Below the pieces are notes generated by a model. It was given only the letters and a program-made list of their open reading frames with translations. It was not told the origin of the DNA and did no database searches. 64,000 bases of DNA from a phage. The stretch lies in assembly GCA_014685065.1 (NCBI GenBank), contig GCA_014685065.1_4092.1; one strand, given 5' to 3'. The translations under genes were made by a program, and so were the position numbers. Within the stretch, counting starts at the first letter, position 1; every line of letters starts with the position of its first letter. Of the stretch, positions 28,701 to 39,744 are shown one piece after another.

Positions 28701-31700
28701 AATCTGCGTAAAGCATATCATTGAGTTCAACTGTACTGTTTTCACGACCAATCGCTTTCCAATAAATTGAATCGCGTGATTGTGATTTAATATACAATGT
28801 CCAAATGTTTTCACTATCGGTAACTCTGATAATATCGCCAACTTGGTAGTTTTTAGTATTAGCATCTTCTAAGCTTGACTCTTGAGTATAAGTCGTGTTA
28901 CTATCATACCCAACATCATACCAATCAGCATATGACCAGTACTGAGTCATGTCCAATGAAGTTCCCAGTGATTCAACATAATCAGATTGTTTAATCATTT
29001 TATGTTGACCCTCACCTTTGTTCTCTAACGTTATAGTAACAACACTACCCGCGTTTGCTGGACTATTCATTAACTGAATATATCCATTTTCGTCGAAGTG
29101 AATAAAATAAACAGCACTAGAAGTTAATGGATTTGGTAGATATCCACTAGTACTTAAAATAACAGCGTCATTTTCTTTAAATTTATCACTTTCAACTGCA
29201 ATAACTAATTCATTATTGTAAGACAATACACGGAAAGAAACTTCATTCGGATTAACTTCAGTGGTTTTAACATTAAACACATCTTCCATAACAACACTAT
29301 TAGTGGTTATGTTTTGTGACCTATAATAATTATTAGCACTTTCTACAAAGTTTCTACGAGCTTCTATAACATTTTGGAACCAAGTTTTGTTTGAACCTAA
29401 ACCGTTATCAACATCTGGATATAATAAATTAATCACAGAACCTGATTCAGTTGTTTCTTGACCAATTAGTGAGTTCCACATTGAATCCCAAATTAGTGGG
29501 TTAAAGTTATAGCTGTCACCTTCTTTACATAGTTGATACTGGTCATGTTTAACAACTTCAGTACTATCCATATAATAAGAAACAGTTAAAATACTGGTAT
29601 CATCATTCACTTTAAATTGCATATTACTAAGAATAAACGAGTTTTCATTGATTGGAGCGAACCAAGGAATGTTTAGCTGTGTTGGATCTTTAATAATACG
29701 AGCAATGTCAGTACATGATTTTGTTCTGGTATGTAGTGGTGGTACATAAATTGTATCACGTACCCAGAAATAGTATTTTGTCACATAACTATCAGTTGAA
29801 CTATCATATTCCAAAAATGTACTATAATTATCTTCAAGTGCAGTTCCACTTGGTAGATACATAGTATTATTTTTGTTTTTCTTAGCAACATCTTTACAGT
29901 ATTTGTCCCAGTTATATGGCTCAACTGGTGAACAAACCCACTCTAACACATCAATTGTACTATGTGGTAATAAACGACCCCAGTTGTAACGTTTGTATTC
30001 ATTGGTTGCATCAATGTCAACATTACCGTCTGCGTCATAAATTGCACGAGTATAATCCAAATAAAATGCAGTGCTAGTGTTCCACCATACTTGACCAACT
30101 TTATCAGCACCCCAAGCCTGGATTAACTCTCCATTACTATTATACTGTGCAGGATCAACTGGTGAAGTATATGTTACGTTTTGCATAGCCGCACCTGGAA
30201 TAACACCATTAATTGGGTCATAAACGTTTAGATATAGCTCAGTAATGTTAGTACGTTCATCATATGTCGTTGGACGATCAAATAAAGTACTTTGTGGTGC
30301 TTTAAAACTATATTTCTTGTCAATGTAAGCTTGACGTTCATCAGTACTGGCAAAACGTGATACATAACGATACAAACGTGGACGTGTATCTGGATCAGTA
30401 AATTCAATATCAATAGAAGTATCAAATGGAACTACCATAACTTTAGGATCAGAACCAGCAGTATAATATTGACTTTCTACTGTTAAAGTATCTGGCATAA
30501 AGTTAGTTTCATCAACAAAATAATAATAATCACCATCTTCAAGTGGTACATTATCAGTTAAAGTTACTTTACAAAATTGTTCAGCATACACATCGGTATT
30601 TTCAATAGGTGTTATAGAAACCATTTGCACATTAGTATCAACCAATTCAAAAATGTTCCACAAACCATTACCGTCTTTAAACATCCACACAGATTCAGGA
30701 TTTTCACCTTTACCATTAGTATAAGTTATGCGGTCATTATATGCAGTACTGAAATCTTTTGTTGTGTACGATACTTCATCCAATGTTACTGGACCAATAT
30801 CTGGAAGTTGGATATTTTCACTTCTTCCACTACGCATTGGGAATGAGAACTTACCATTTGGACGTGTAATCCAACGAGGATCTTTACCCTGCTCACCGAA
30901 GTATACAATATGATTACCATTACCATTTGAAGTTGCATTTACATCAAAAGAAACCATTTGAGGTTGTTGTTTAAATTGGTCATTGATTAGTTTAAATTGA
31001 AGGTTTTTCTTACCATCAATATTACCATATGTACCAATTTTAAATGCCCATTCTTGTAATGCTTTATATTCATCAGTGTCATATGATTTAGAAACACGAA
31101 GTACACGTTCTAAAACTTGGTTAGTACCTTTATCGTGAATGAATCCTTTATAGAAATCAACACGACTAACATCACTACTAATCATACGCTGTAGATAATC
31201 ACGAGATTGATAACCAATCAAATGGTTTGACAACTCTTGTAATTGTACATCACTTACTGGAGTTTCACTATCATAATAATGTTGGAAATCCGACACTAAT
31301 TTTTCAAATGATGGTAGTGTTCCAGCTTCCAAGATAATAAATCCAGGAGCTTGTAGGCGACCAGTCCATGAACCAGTAATATATCCATACATTTTAATTA
31401 GTTCTTGAATAGAACCATATGTTGGCTGATAAATGTAATCACCAAAAATAGTTTTATCATCAAAAATAACAGCATGTTCATATGAACACAAACTTAAACG
31501 AATCAATGCAATGCGTTTATTAGATTCTAAAGTTCTAACAGTGAAGATATTTCCAATACGAGAAGTTTCAATTTCATATTGGCGAATACCTTGGTTATTA
31601 TCATCAAGTAATGACCATACACCACCATTATTTTGCGTAATAGATTGTACTGAACCAAAGTCTGCCCCAAATTTAGCGTTTGCAGCACTTGGGGTACAAG

Positions 31701-34700
31701 AAATAAATTCACCAGTTACTAGAGAATTCTGACTCCAGATCACGAAATCTTTAGCAATAGTGTTCCAATCTTGTTGAGCACCACTATCATTTACATCTTC
31801 AAAAATCCAACCATGTTCTTTAAGATATTCACCATATCCACAAATAAAAGTATAAACTTCTTGGTAACTATTGAAAACTTTACCATATTCAATTGAAGCT
31901 TCAGACTTCCATTCATTATAATGAACAACATTACGGTTTTCCAATTTAAGAGTTACTTTTCTACCATTTTTTACGGGAAGTTTATATTTAAATTTAGCAC
32001 CAACTAGATCATATCCATCAATCTGATATGCACTACCATTCCAAGTAATTTTGATCGCACTCATTTGCTCATCACGGATATTATTAGAACGAACAAGACC
32101 AATGGTTTGGTTTTCTTGTGAAATAAGACCGAAAGATTTAGCATTGAATGTTAGCTGATCTGCTTTAGTAAATCCTCCAATTTTATGACCAACATTTATA
32201 TAAGAAGAACGAACTACATCCCCATACTTGGTGGTAATATTTTTATTTTGATACATCAAATGGTCACTTACAAACATTTGATAACCAATTGTTCTTGTGC
32301 TATTTTCACCATGAACTACTGTATTTTTATCAAAATTAATACGCTTACGTGTATCACCATAAAGGAATTGTGAACCATCAGTGAATACTTCTTTTAAGTT
32401 ATCATTGCGGGTATCCCAGAAATAGTTAGCAAATTGTGCTGGTTTAGCTTTATACAAAAGCATCATTTGGTCATATGCAAACAATGTAGTGTTCATGTAT
32501 GTAAATTCCATGTCACCCATATCACCATATGTCCAAGGTTCTGCTCTATGATTTAAAGATCCAGACACTAAACCTAAAATTTCAGGTGCAATATATTCAA
32601 CCACACAAATATCAATACCAGAAGATGTTTTATTTCCAGTTTTTGTAATTTTGAATGGCTGTACACCAAATCTTTTATATTTGTCATATTGACCACGACG
32701 ATCACCAAATAAAATAGTTCCAGTACTGCTATCGCCAATAGTTCCGTCAATATCCCAAAGACCACTAGGAACTAAATCACCTTGCTCATTCATAACAAGT
32801 GCTTCATATACATATACAACATCACTATCACGTTCACCAACTTGAACAGCCGTTGGTTCGTATTCTTGGTTCCACCAAGTTGGACGTTGTGTAAAGCCAA
32901 ACATTTCCCACGGATGGGTAGCTGGGCGATATGTACCATATTGGTCAGTGTAAATGGCACGCCATGAACCACGTGCAGGAATTTCAGTACTTTGACCATT
33001 AACTACATAATAAGTGCCAGTATAGTTCCAAGTTCTCCAATTGTTAGGATCATAATCATGTGTACTATTACTGATACCATTAGTTGCGGTGAAGTTAATG
33101 TATCCACGTAGTAATAATGTTTGTTTCTCTTCAGCACTATATTCAGTTTTAGTGAAATATGGTGTAGGGAAAAGGTCATCACTATTCAATACTGGTACGT
33201 AATCAACATCTTTGAATTTATTATCAATACTATTAAAAATTCTATTTTCTAATTCATATACAACATCATCCATTTTATCAACACCATTGATAACACGGTA
33301 TGCTTTGGAAATAATACCAGTATGACTGATGTTATAACAGCTTGGTTTACTACCAGCAGTGAGGAATGTCGCTTTTTCTGGTACATATGCTTGAAGAATA
33401 CCTAAGAACTGTGGTGTTGGTGGTATAAATGCACGAATGAATCCAGAAGTACTTCCAACATTATCATAATAGAATGGGAATGAACTATCACGTCCCATAT
33501 TAATAGTAGTTAAAATTGCATCAACAATGTTTGCAGCACTATTTTGTAAAAAGTCTGATGGATTTTCATCATACATACGAAGCATTTGTGTATTAAATTT
33601 ATTAATGAATCTAAAATATTCAGATTGCATAAACATAGTTGCTTCAAATAAATCAATATCTTCATTTGCAGTATGTGCCATCAATGGAAGCATAGATGCT
33701 TCATTTTGGATAATTTTAGTACCTACGCCATTATTAACCAATCCTTTAGCCAAACGTTCTTCATAGTCATTGAAATCATCAGAAGAACCACGTGTAATGT
33801 TCTTTTGAATAATATCCTGAAAATGTAAAGTGTAGTCACCTTGGTTAATGTATATAATATTGGAATTGTATGGGTTATTTTGTAAGTTAATTGGAACTTC
33901 ATATGCACCTAATTCTTTATTAGGAGTTACAGTACTGCTATAAGTTCTAATTTGAATAACTGAATCTTCATCCAAATCTACAGTGCTATCTAAGGTGATA
34001 CTTTGAACTTGACCTTTTGATACATTTTTGGTATATTTTGATACATCAACACCATCAACAACAACTTCAATTATGTCAGAATCATTATCTAAAACTTTTT
34101 GTGCTAATTCGAATGTGTGGTCATATTTTACAATCTGAACACCATCACCAGTGATTGGATGCCAGTCTAGATAAGTTTCGCGGTCTGCTTTATAGTACTG
34201 ATAGGTTCTATCAACTTCAATAACATATGCATACATACCATCAACTGGTTCTTTAAAAACTTCCATATCATAAACAGTACTGAATACACGATACATATCA
34301 GTACGTTTGACTTGTGGAGTTTGTTTTACAAATTGTTTAGAGTACTCTTCTGAACGAACCCAATCGGTTTGAAGATTCATTTCATTATTTTCATCAATAA
34401 TGTTATAATAGTATAAACCATCAATTTCAACTTCTTTTCCAAGATGGTCATAGGTATAACGTTGGGATTGTAAAAAGTTTTCATAAATGTAATAATTATA
34501 ATCACCAAGTTCAATGTTATATCCATATACACTATCAGTTGCATAGTTGTAATTTATTTTAAAACCAAACAACTCTGAACCTTTAAAGTTACTTGATGGA
34601 TATGTAGTACTGTTGTCAAGTTTGATACCATTACGATCATAAAGTTGGAATTTAGGGAATACGTTAACACTAGTTTTTGATTGTGCACGAACCCACAAAG

Positions 34701-35706
34701 AACCATTCCAGTACATAGAACTATTACCATACTCATTACCTTTAGTGATTAGAACAACATCACCATCTTGAGGTTCACCACTTGGGCGTGATTCGGTTTC
34801 TTCTTCTGGATCTAGTGCTAAACCATAAACACGAGTACCATCTTGCATTTTTTTCACATATACATTATAAATTCTATTGTTTTCACCATTGTTACCAATA
34901 CTGGTGAATAGAATACGCATTCCATCTTGCGGAATAATACCATCAATACGTATACCACTATTAATATCTTTTTGAACGATATCTTCAGGTTTAATAATAT
35001 CAGAGAACAGATCAACAGTTCCACGGAATTTTGTACCGTAGTTAATTAGCTCAATATTTTTATTATATTCAATAATTGGTGCACGTGCACGAATAAAACG
35101 TGAATCTTGCATTAATTCTTCAGTTAATATTGAGCCATCTTCTAATGTTTCACCTAAAGTATACCAAAAGTTTTGTAGTGACCATGTATTACCATTAAGT
35201 GCTCCACGTTCCATTACAATGTAATCAGGTGAAGTAATATTATAAGAGTTTTTAGTATCCCAAAGATATGAGCTAAAATTGTTCATTTTATTTGGGTTAA
35301 TAGCTGGAGTCCATGCATAAAACTTACCGTTGAACAAACGGCTTTCATTATCGGTTAGTGCTCCATAATGATTCATGTATCCAACTAGATCATCATAAAA
35401 TTGAATTGAACGAATTGTCGAATCATCATTTTTTGAGACGTAAGCAGTGGACAACTGATAAAGTTGACGTGCTACAGTACTTTCATGTAAGAAGATATTA
35501 CCAGCAGCGGCAGGAGAACCCATATCACCAATATAGCCGTCAACTAATTCGTTTTCAGCCGGATTAAACCATTGTTGAATAACATCATCACTGACTTTTT
35601 GAATATCTTCTAAGCCTTGCATCCACTCAGGCAATCTTTTAATAAAAAGCTTCTTCTGTACTGCTTCAGCCATCTGTGTAGGTTGAAACTTAAAATTATT
35701 AGTCAT
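25735..35706 (-). CDS. giant virion protein (~3323 aa), probably baseplate/fibre-associated
   Basis: Uninterrupted ORF on the ORF track (25735-35736); start set at the second ATG because GGAG lies 8 nt upstream; sits downstream of the gp25-like and 1153-aa genes. Confidence 0.55.
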   Translation of the reverse strand: MTNNFKFQPTQMAEAVQKKLFIKRLPEWMQGLEDIQKVSDDVIQQWFNPAENELVDGYIGDMGSPAAAGNIFLHESTVARQLYQLSTAYVSKNDDSTIRSIQFYDDLVGYMNHYGALTDNESRLFNGKFYAWTPAINPNKMNNFSSYLWDTKNSYNITSPDYIVMERGALNGNTWSLQNFWYTLGETLEDGSILTEELMQDSRFIRARAPIIEYNKNIELINYGTKFRGTVDLFSDIIKPEDIVQKDINSGIRIDGIIPQDGMRILFTSIGNNGENNRIYNVYVKKMQDGTRVYGLALDPEEETESRPSGEPQDGDVVLITKGNEYGNSSMYWNGSLWVRAQSKTSVNVFPKFQLYDRNGIKLDNSTTYPSSNFKGSELFGFKINYNYATDSVYGYNIELGDYNYYIYENFLQSQRYTYDHLGKEVEIDGLYYYNIIDENNEMNLQTDWVRSEEYSKQFVKQTPQVKRTDMYRVFSTVYDMEVFKEPVDGMYAYVIEVDRTYQYYKADRETYLDWHPITGDGVQIVKYDHTFELAQKVLDNDSDIIEVVVDGVDVSKYTKNVSKGQVQSITLDSTVDLDEDSVIQIRTYSSTVTPNKELGAYEVPINLQNNPYNSNIIYINQGDYTLHFQDIIQKNITRGSSDDFNDYEERLAKGLVNNGVGTKIIQNEASMLPLMAHTANEDIDLFEATMFMQSEYFRFINKFNTQMLRMYDENPSDFLQNSAANIVDAILTTINMGRDSSFPFYYDNVGSTSGFIRAFIPPTPQFLGILQAYVPEKATFLTAGSKPSCYNISHTGIISKAYRVINGVDKMDDVVYELENRIFNSIDNKFKDVDYVPVLNSDDLFPTPYFTKTEYSAEEKQTLLLRGYINFTATNGISNSTHDYDPNNWRTWNYTGTYYVVNGQSTEIPARGSWRAIYTDQYGTYRPATHPWEMFGFTQRPTWWNQEYEPTAVQVGERDSDVVYVYEALVMNEQGDLVPSGLWDIDGTIGDSSTGTILFGDRRGQYDKYKRFGVQPFKITKTGNKTSSGIDICVVEYIAPEILGLVSGSLNHRAEPWTYGDMGDMEFTYMNTTLFAYDQMMLLYKAKPAQFANYFWDTRNDNLKEVFTDGSQFLYGDTRKRINFDKNTVVHGENSTRTIGYQMFVSDHLMYQNKNITTKYGDVVRSSYINVGHKIGGFTKADQLTFNAKSFGLISQENQTIGLVRSNNIRDEQMSAIKITWNGSAYQIDGYDLVGAKFKYKLPVKNGRKVTLKLENRNVVHYNEWKSEASIEYGKVFNSYQEVYTFICGYGEYLKEHGWIFEDVNDSGAQQDWNTIAKDFVIWSQNSLVTGEFISCTPSAANAKFGADFGSVQSITQNNGGVWSLLDDNNQGIRQYEIETSRIGNIFTVRTLESNKRIALIRLSLCSYEHAVIFDDKTIFGDYIYQPTYGSIQELIKMYGYITGSWTGRLQAPGFIILEAGTLPSFEKLVSDFQHYYDSETPVSDVQLQELSNHLIGYQSRDYLQRMISSDVSRVDFYKGFIHDKGTNQVLERVLRVSKSYDTDEYKALQEWAFKIGTYGNIDGKKNLQFKLINDQFKQQPQMVSFDVNATSNGNGNHIVYFGEQGKDPRWITRPNGKFSFPMRSGRSENIQLPDIGPVTLDEVSYTTKDFSTAYNDRITYTNGKGENPESVWMFKDGNGLWNIFELVDTNVQMVSITPIENTDVYAEQFCKVTLTDNVPLEDGDYYYFVDETNFMPDTLTVESQYYTAGSDPKVMVVPFDTSIDIEFTDPDTRPRLYRYVSRFASTDERQAYIDKKYSFKAPQSTLFDRPTTYDERTNITELYLNVYDPINGVIPGAAMQNVTYTSPVDPAQYNSNGELIQAWGADKVGQVWWNTSTAFYLDYTRAIYDADGNVDIDATNEYKRYNWGRLLPHSTIDVLEWVCSPVEPYNWDKYCKDVAKKNKNNTMYLPSGTALEDNYSTFLEYDSSTDSYVTKYYFWVRDTIYVPPLHTRTKSCTDIARIIKDPTQLNIPWFAPINENSFILSNMQFKVNDDTSILTVSYYMDSTEVVKHDQYQLCKEGDSYNFNPLIWDSMWNSLIGQETTESGSVINLLYPDVDNGLGSNKTWFQNVIEARRNFVESANNYYRSQNITTNSVVMEDVFNVKTTEVNPNEVSFRVLSYNNELVIAVESDKFKENDAVILSTSGYLPNPLTSSAVYFIHFDENGYIQLMNSPANAGSVVTITLENKGEGQHKMIKQSDYVESLGTSLDMTQYWSYADWYDVGYDSNTTYTQESSLEDANTKNYQVGDIIRVTDSENIWTLYIKSQSRDSIYWKAIGRENSTVELNDMLYADYSVHNDNGSLSNREINVRKALALLKNSFDLHQSEIVFDMVKYVHVEQSVVDWVFKTSYIYIVGLEQSLVQNYSNDNLINQIVEYFEEVKPYRTKIRSQIEQKTSDDDLIKGLCNDLDPNGYIFVDGSWVKTEKDIWDYEYAQFNEITQKWEQVGSLPSDFITPNRRFQEIDIIMHYDNIQCKPNADLASINELVSVNNKYQSNEKDAVSNYELQRYIYSFPEYSEETFDLLIAYQMQIYYPELDVTLGTAYGVNQWYKDHAEDLEATDEFTATLERVYKESTQNDMFTDLRQYVQYNTLANRLKLYKDISDEKIHDEVGCGFSGLTYNDNPSTRLPLGFSSSNDYNYGYFEISSELYQKYISLIKDKNPDASDYEVKVKLEVEYGVYVYRYDEVGGDTRFYTDAIHVLAGMRGLFDKDATDKYEKAEEILSKTPIDIYAITMIPRKYVYLNVNGVYQSIPDEQSIDDFMEDYFITNGEMIELAEINLDDLPLDQNNPMYSDYQYILDSITEAKYFNDMNAFDNLALESQTSSIKWEVKDDEVDPYIVDISDINPSGRDVGQIRFTVDGYGFDNVSLVQLRDNSRYQTEGMAIINPYKHTEAIVSIPSYAKIENDINKTTSKFDEKYFYRVRSINSLTEAEIVDNDLSDGDKVMIFTPDGEDFVRYQNHTWETILRVSNIKNNTTPILFTVRNTGKETIELIDESTGAVLRYDNITLAQQNEPVQPLALNIVRVRTFADPEFVKNGIKLYEQNRNYTIDVINYDVFYDTTLNGGKYNDGITPDDVDVWIISNEIFDVDGITIDNGYNLPITGAGVLSELARTKMTDSLEINVIEYDSSVIQPFRNNEGIWVYGYPMVDGMYIGVVGGTVTNITTISEENTTYVSQPKSISPYSIRNNVLSGSAANMNDIISIGYEKVEVRNANNLLRGVMYSAEHDFKLNTTYSFNGINLGNYDMLKRYTQNSYTIDLSVYTDSLQVSGNDIKNILLVK

Positions 35707-35754
35707 TTTTGGACTCCATATAATTCGTTCATTCATTTGATTTATTTATGATAT

Positions 35755-35778
35755 AAAAAAGGCGTTCCGAAGAACGCC
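35755..35778 (-). terminator. intrinsic terminator (minus strand)
   Basis: GGCGTTC-CGAA-GAACGCC hairpin with T-run on the minus strand. Confidence 0.55.
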
Positions 35779-35785
35779 CGTTATA

Positions 35786-38700
35786 TTAAGAACCGATATT
35801 AATATTACTTTTAGCTAGTGAGTTAACAATTTGAACATTTTCAACAGATGCAGTACTCAAGAATATTTGGTCTGAACGTGAAGGGATTTCAAATAGAGAA
35901 CCAAATTTCGAATTTGGATTTTGTGCAACTATAACAATAGTACTAATATGTCTACCTAACTGTGAGTGTATGTAAGTACACAAATCAGTATAATAGAAAC
36001 TTTCACCGAAATCCCAGTTATCAACATTGAAGTATTCATTAGTTAATGCTATGACATTTTGACGAATTTCATCATCACTCATTGTGCTGTTTGGTAATTT
36101 CACTACTTTAAAATCAGCTTTGTAATCTTCAGCAGCACTGTTTCCAAATAAAGGTAAGTACTCAGCACTATGCCAAATGATACTATCACTAATGACTATT
36201 TTTTGTTCAACATCTTTGAACATATCTTTTAATTCAACCGATGTTGGTGGTTTAGGAATACTACCAACAGCATTATTTTTCAACCAAACGTCAACTTCAG
36301 TTTTATATGAATTTGTTAATACATACATATCAATTAAGTTTGTTCTACTAGGATCAATGCGATTGTCGTCAGGTGCATAGTGTTTCCAATGGAAGTCTAT
36401 ACTAGTACGTGCATTAGTTTTAACAGTGTACTGTGAAGTAACATCTTTGTATCCATAATAATCTAGCTTCTGATTCTCGTCAGCATTAGTTCCCATGTTA
36501 TTAATTGCACGATAAAAAGCCAATTCAGGACTAACAGTGCCAGTATCATCGGAATAAGTTAAATTACTAATTAGTTGTCCCAAACGATCATTGTTATTGC
36601 CAACTGTTTGTTCAATAAAATAATATTTACCATCATAGTTAAAACCAACTAAAAATCCAGAACCTTTACTATATAATCCACTCAATGTGGTTGAACGAAT
36701 TGCGTTATTTCTAACAAATTCAGTTCTTTTATATGCATTCGGCTCTGCCAAAGCTTGTTCCATTGTATAAGACCACGATGAATCAAGAAGTGTGAAGGTA
36801 TCATTTGGTAAAGACAGTACTGATATAGTGAAATCACTATTTTCCTGAAATACCAAAATACCACCATATTTTAATGCATCGGTTCCAGTCCAAGTAGGAA
36901 CAATTTCTTTAAATTGGTTTGGTTCCAATGGTATACCATTACTATCTACTTTCCTAGATGTAACAATAACACGAGAACCATCTAGATAGCCATTCTCTTG
37001 TTGAATTGTGTCATAAATTTGAAAATCTATATTACTTGTCAATCCTGAATTACTACTACTAGTAGTGTTAGATGATAAAATTTCAATCTTATCACTTTGA
37101 ACTGTACCAGTACTTATATCAGTAATTTTTTTAGATGATACAAAGTAAAATCTTACTTTTTCTCCACCCACAAAAATATATTCAATACCGTTAGCATCAA
37201 ATTCCCAAGTTTCTGCTGTATATTTTACATTTATTATAATTAAAACTTCATTACCATTATACACAATAGTATCGTCATTAGTACTTGCTTCGATTGGAAC
37301 CCATGAAGTTGTTTCTTTATCATGTACAATTACAAAATCGGTTTTTTTATCCAACATAGCAGAAATAGACTGAACTTCAACTGTGTTAAATCTAGTTCTA
37401 TATGGTAATATGTACTCTATTGCTTGCATTCCACTAGGAACAGATGTGCTTAGTACATAAAAACCATTATCTAACACACTTACAACACTTGCCCATATCG
37501 TAGTACCAGAATTAGAAAATTTAATAAGAGTACCTACCTGATACGAACCATACACTGTTCCAGACGAACCCAAAATTCTGCCATATGTATTGGTTGTGTA
37601 ATTTGAATTGTACACTGGAGTCCATGCTTGTTGTATTTCAATACCAATTGTATTGGATGGATACGCTTGGTAACGTTGTATTACTGCATTTTCCCCAATC
37701 AATGGTTGAATATTGTCAATAACAATACTAGCATTTGTTTTTGTAGTTGGGAGCAATAACGATCTATTAAATTGCGTGTTTTCTTGATATAATGCACCAT
37801 CATCACTAAAAACGTCGGTATTCTGATACTTACCAGTAGGATCATTGATATCAATGAACCTTGATTGACCACTATAAATTCTATTAATAGCTTTAGATTT
37901 AAGTACTGTATTTCCTAAACTAAGTGGTGCTATATTATAATCTTCACCATTGACAAAACGGTTTTGGGTATAGTACATTTGTGGTGCACGTGCTTTAATC
38001 TGCTCAATAGTTTCAGCACTTTGTGCACGGTCGGATTCATATTGTAATGAAAAACGTATATCCAATGTACTAGATTCATAACTTGACTGTGTTTTTGTAC
38101 GATATGTATATTTTACGCTTTTGTTTTGAATTTCAGAAGTTTTAATGTTATATGTTTTACCATTACTAACACGATACCATACACGGAACGTCCCACGGGG
38201 AACAACACCACTTCTTGAGTCTGGGTACTTAATTGTTATTTGGTCTTTATCACGAGTAGTAACAGCAAAAATTGTTTTTAATTGACGATTAACAGTGTTA
38301 TATGCAATACTTTCCATTGATGGAACTTTTGTCCATTTGGTACGAACAATACCATCTTCATTTATTTCTTGAACCCATACATCAGTTTCGTTGATATTAT
38401 CAACGTTAATATCTTGTATACGGTTCTCTTCACGGATAGCATATTGATAATCTTGATATGTTAATGTACCTTGTACGAAATATACAAAAAACCCAGTATT
38501 TGGTGAGCTAAATCCATTACCATCATTTTGATAAACAATATATTTTTGCTCTTGTGGTTCTGGATGTCGTTCTTCAACACCAACAGACGTAATATCAGGA
38601 TTCACTACTTCAAATGTCATAGATTCACCATTGACAGTTGCAATAAATGGAATACTGGGTGCTGTCATTGGGATGGTGTTCATTCGATATAGTTGACGGG

Positions 38701-39247
38701 AGACACCATTAACATCAATACGCTTGACTGGATTACCAAATTGGTTAGTACTGACAAATGAACTGTTCATTACTAGAATAAAGTTTTCATACCAGTTAGC
38801 ATCCATCGGGTCATTCCAACGAATAATTTTATCTTTTAATGATTCATTAAAACTATTACGAACATCTTGGTTTGTTTTAATTTCGGTTAATTTAGCAACT
38901 GCACGACCTGGATATGAGCGGCGTGGTGAGTAAGAAATCATTTTAGCTAGTTTTAGTACTGATGCACGACGAGTTGCAGTATCTAAAAAGTTTTCACGTG
39001 TGTTCAAATCCATACGAAATGCCAAGTTCTGACCTAGCATAGAAATCGTATCTAAAATAAAAATAAACTGGTCGTTTTCGATCCAGTCATTGAATGAGTC
39101 TGGGTAAGTTGCACGTAGATAATCAATCATACTCTGACGGATAGTGTCGAAATCATAAGCTGTTAGATTGATTTTATAAAAACTTTCATATACTTGAGTC
39201 CAATCCTCACCAGCGTATAAATTTGATTGCCTTTTTTGTTGTGACAT
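35786..39247 (-). CDS. large baseplate protein, possibly gp6-like wedge
   Basis: 1153 aa immediately downstream of the gp25-like gene, the conserved position of gp6/J-like wedge proteins in contractile baseplates; assignment is positional. Confidence 0.4.
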   Translation of the reverse strand: MSQQKRQSNLYAGEDWTQVYESFYKINLTAYDFDTIRQSMIDYLRATYPDSFNDWIENDQFIFILDTISMLGQNLAFRMDLNTRENFLDTATRRASVLKLAKMISYSPRRSYPGRAVAKLTEIKTNQDVRNSFNESLKDKIIRWNDPMDANWYENFILVMNSSFVSTNQFGNPVKRIDVNGVSRQLYRMNTIPMTAPSIPFIATVNGESMTFEVVNPDITSVGVEERHPEPQEQKYIVYQNDGNGFSSPNTGFFVYFVQGTLTYQDYQYAIREENRIQDINVDNINETDVWVQEINEDGIVRTKWTKVPSMESIAYNTVNRQLKTIFAVTTRDKDQITIKYPDSRSGVVPRGTFRVWYRVSNGKTYNIKTSEIQNKSVKYTYRTKTQSSYESSTLDIRFSLQYESDRAQSAETIEQIKARAPQMYYTQNRFVNGEDYNIAPLSLGNTVLKSKAINRIYSGQSRFIDINDPTGKYQNTDVFSDDGALYQENTQFNRSLLLPTTKTNASIVIDNIQPLIGENAVIQRYQAYPSNTIGIEIQQAWTPVYNSNYTTNTYGRILGSSGTVYGSYQVGTLIKFSNSGTTIWASVVSVLDNGFYVLSTSVPSGMQAIEYILPYRTRFNTVEVQSISAMLDKKTDFVIVHDKETTSWVPIEASTNDDTIVYNGNEVLIIINVKYTAETWEFDANGIEYIFVGGEKVRFYFVSSKKITDISTGTVQSDKIEILSSNTTSSSNSGLTSNIDFQIYDTIQQENGYLDGSRVIVTSRKVDSNGIPLEPNQFKEIVPTWTGTDALKYGGILVFQENSDFTISVLSLPNDTFTLLDSSWSYTMEQALAEPNAYKRTEFVRNNAIRSTTLSGLYSKGSGFLVGFNYDGKYYFIEQTVGNNNDRLGQLISNLTYSDDTGTVSPELAFYRAINNMGTNADENQKLDYYGYKDVTSQYTVKTNARTSIDFHWKHYAPDDNRIDPSRTNLIDMYVLTNSYKTEVDVWLKNNAVGSIPKPPTSVELKDMFKDVEQKIVISDSIIWHSAEYLPLFGNSAAEDYKADFKVVKLPNSTMSDDEIRQNVIALTNEYFNVDNWDFGESFYYTDLCTYIHSQLGRHISTIVIVAQNPNSKFGSLFEIPSRSDQIFLSTASVENVQIVNSLAKSNINIGS

Positions 39248-39312
39248 AATTTATTCCTTTAAATCAGTAAAGTACTAGTTCAGTACTGGGAATTATATAT
39301 AGAAATATTTAT

Positions 39313-39346
39313 TCAAAAAGAAAAGCACTCCGAAGAGTGCTTTTAT
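39313..39346. terminator. intrinsic terminator
   Basis: AAGCACTC-CGAA-GAGTGCTT hairpin with A/T runs on both sides. Confidence 0.55.
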
Positions 39347-39348
39347 AA

Positions 39349-39744
39349 TTATAAAGACGAAACTGAATATGTTGCCATTCGATTATTACTTCTTGCATCA
39401 AATACTATAGTAAGTTCTTCTAATGTGTCCAATACTACGTACTGTAATACAATATTCATTTGGTATCCATATTCTATTCTTGAAATTTGTAATTTTTTAA
39501 GATTTAAACGTGGGTCTAAGCTAATTATTCTACGGGCATCTGCTTCTAAAAGGTTGATAGTATTATAACCTTCCAATTCAAATAGCAAATCCCATGCAAT
39601 AAACCCATAGTCAGCATCAAATGCTCGTTCACCTTTTTTTGTATTGAAATGATTCATTAAATCTTGGCGAACCAATTCACTATCATACAATGTTTCAGTT
39701 CTACCAACTACAGGGGTAGAAAACCCTTTAAAAACAACTGCCAT
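39349..39744 (-). CDS. baseplate wedge protein, gp25/W-like
   Basis: 131 aa; motif RAFDADYGFIAWDLLFE resembles the gp25 family core (T4 gp25, recalled from memory); position next to hub and lysozyme genes. Confidence 0.6.
   Translation of the reverse strand: MAVVFKGFSTPVVGRTETLYDSELVRQDLMNHFNTKKGERAFDADYGFIAWDLLFELEGYNTINLLEADARRIISLDPRLNLKKLQISRIEYGYQMNIVLQYVVLDTLEELTIVFDARSNNRMATYSVSSL

Noticed and set aside
26449-35567. Numerous 60-90 aa ORFs on both strands within the ~10 kb giant gene
   Set aside because: Short, hydrophobic or low-complexity, without RBS; expected by chance across 10 kb of AT-rich sequence.
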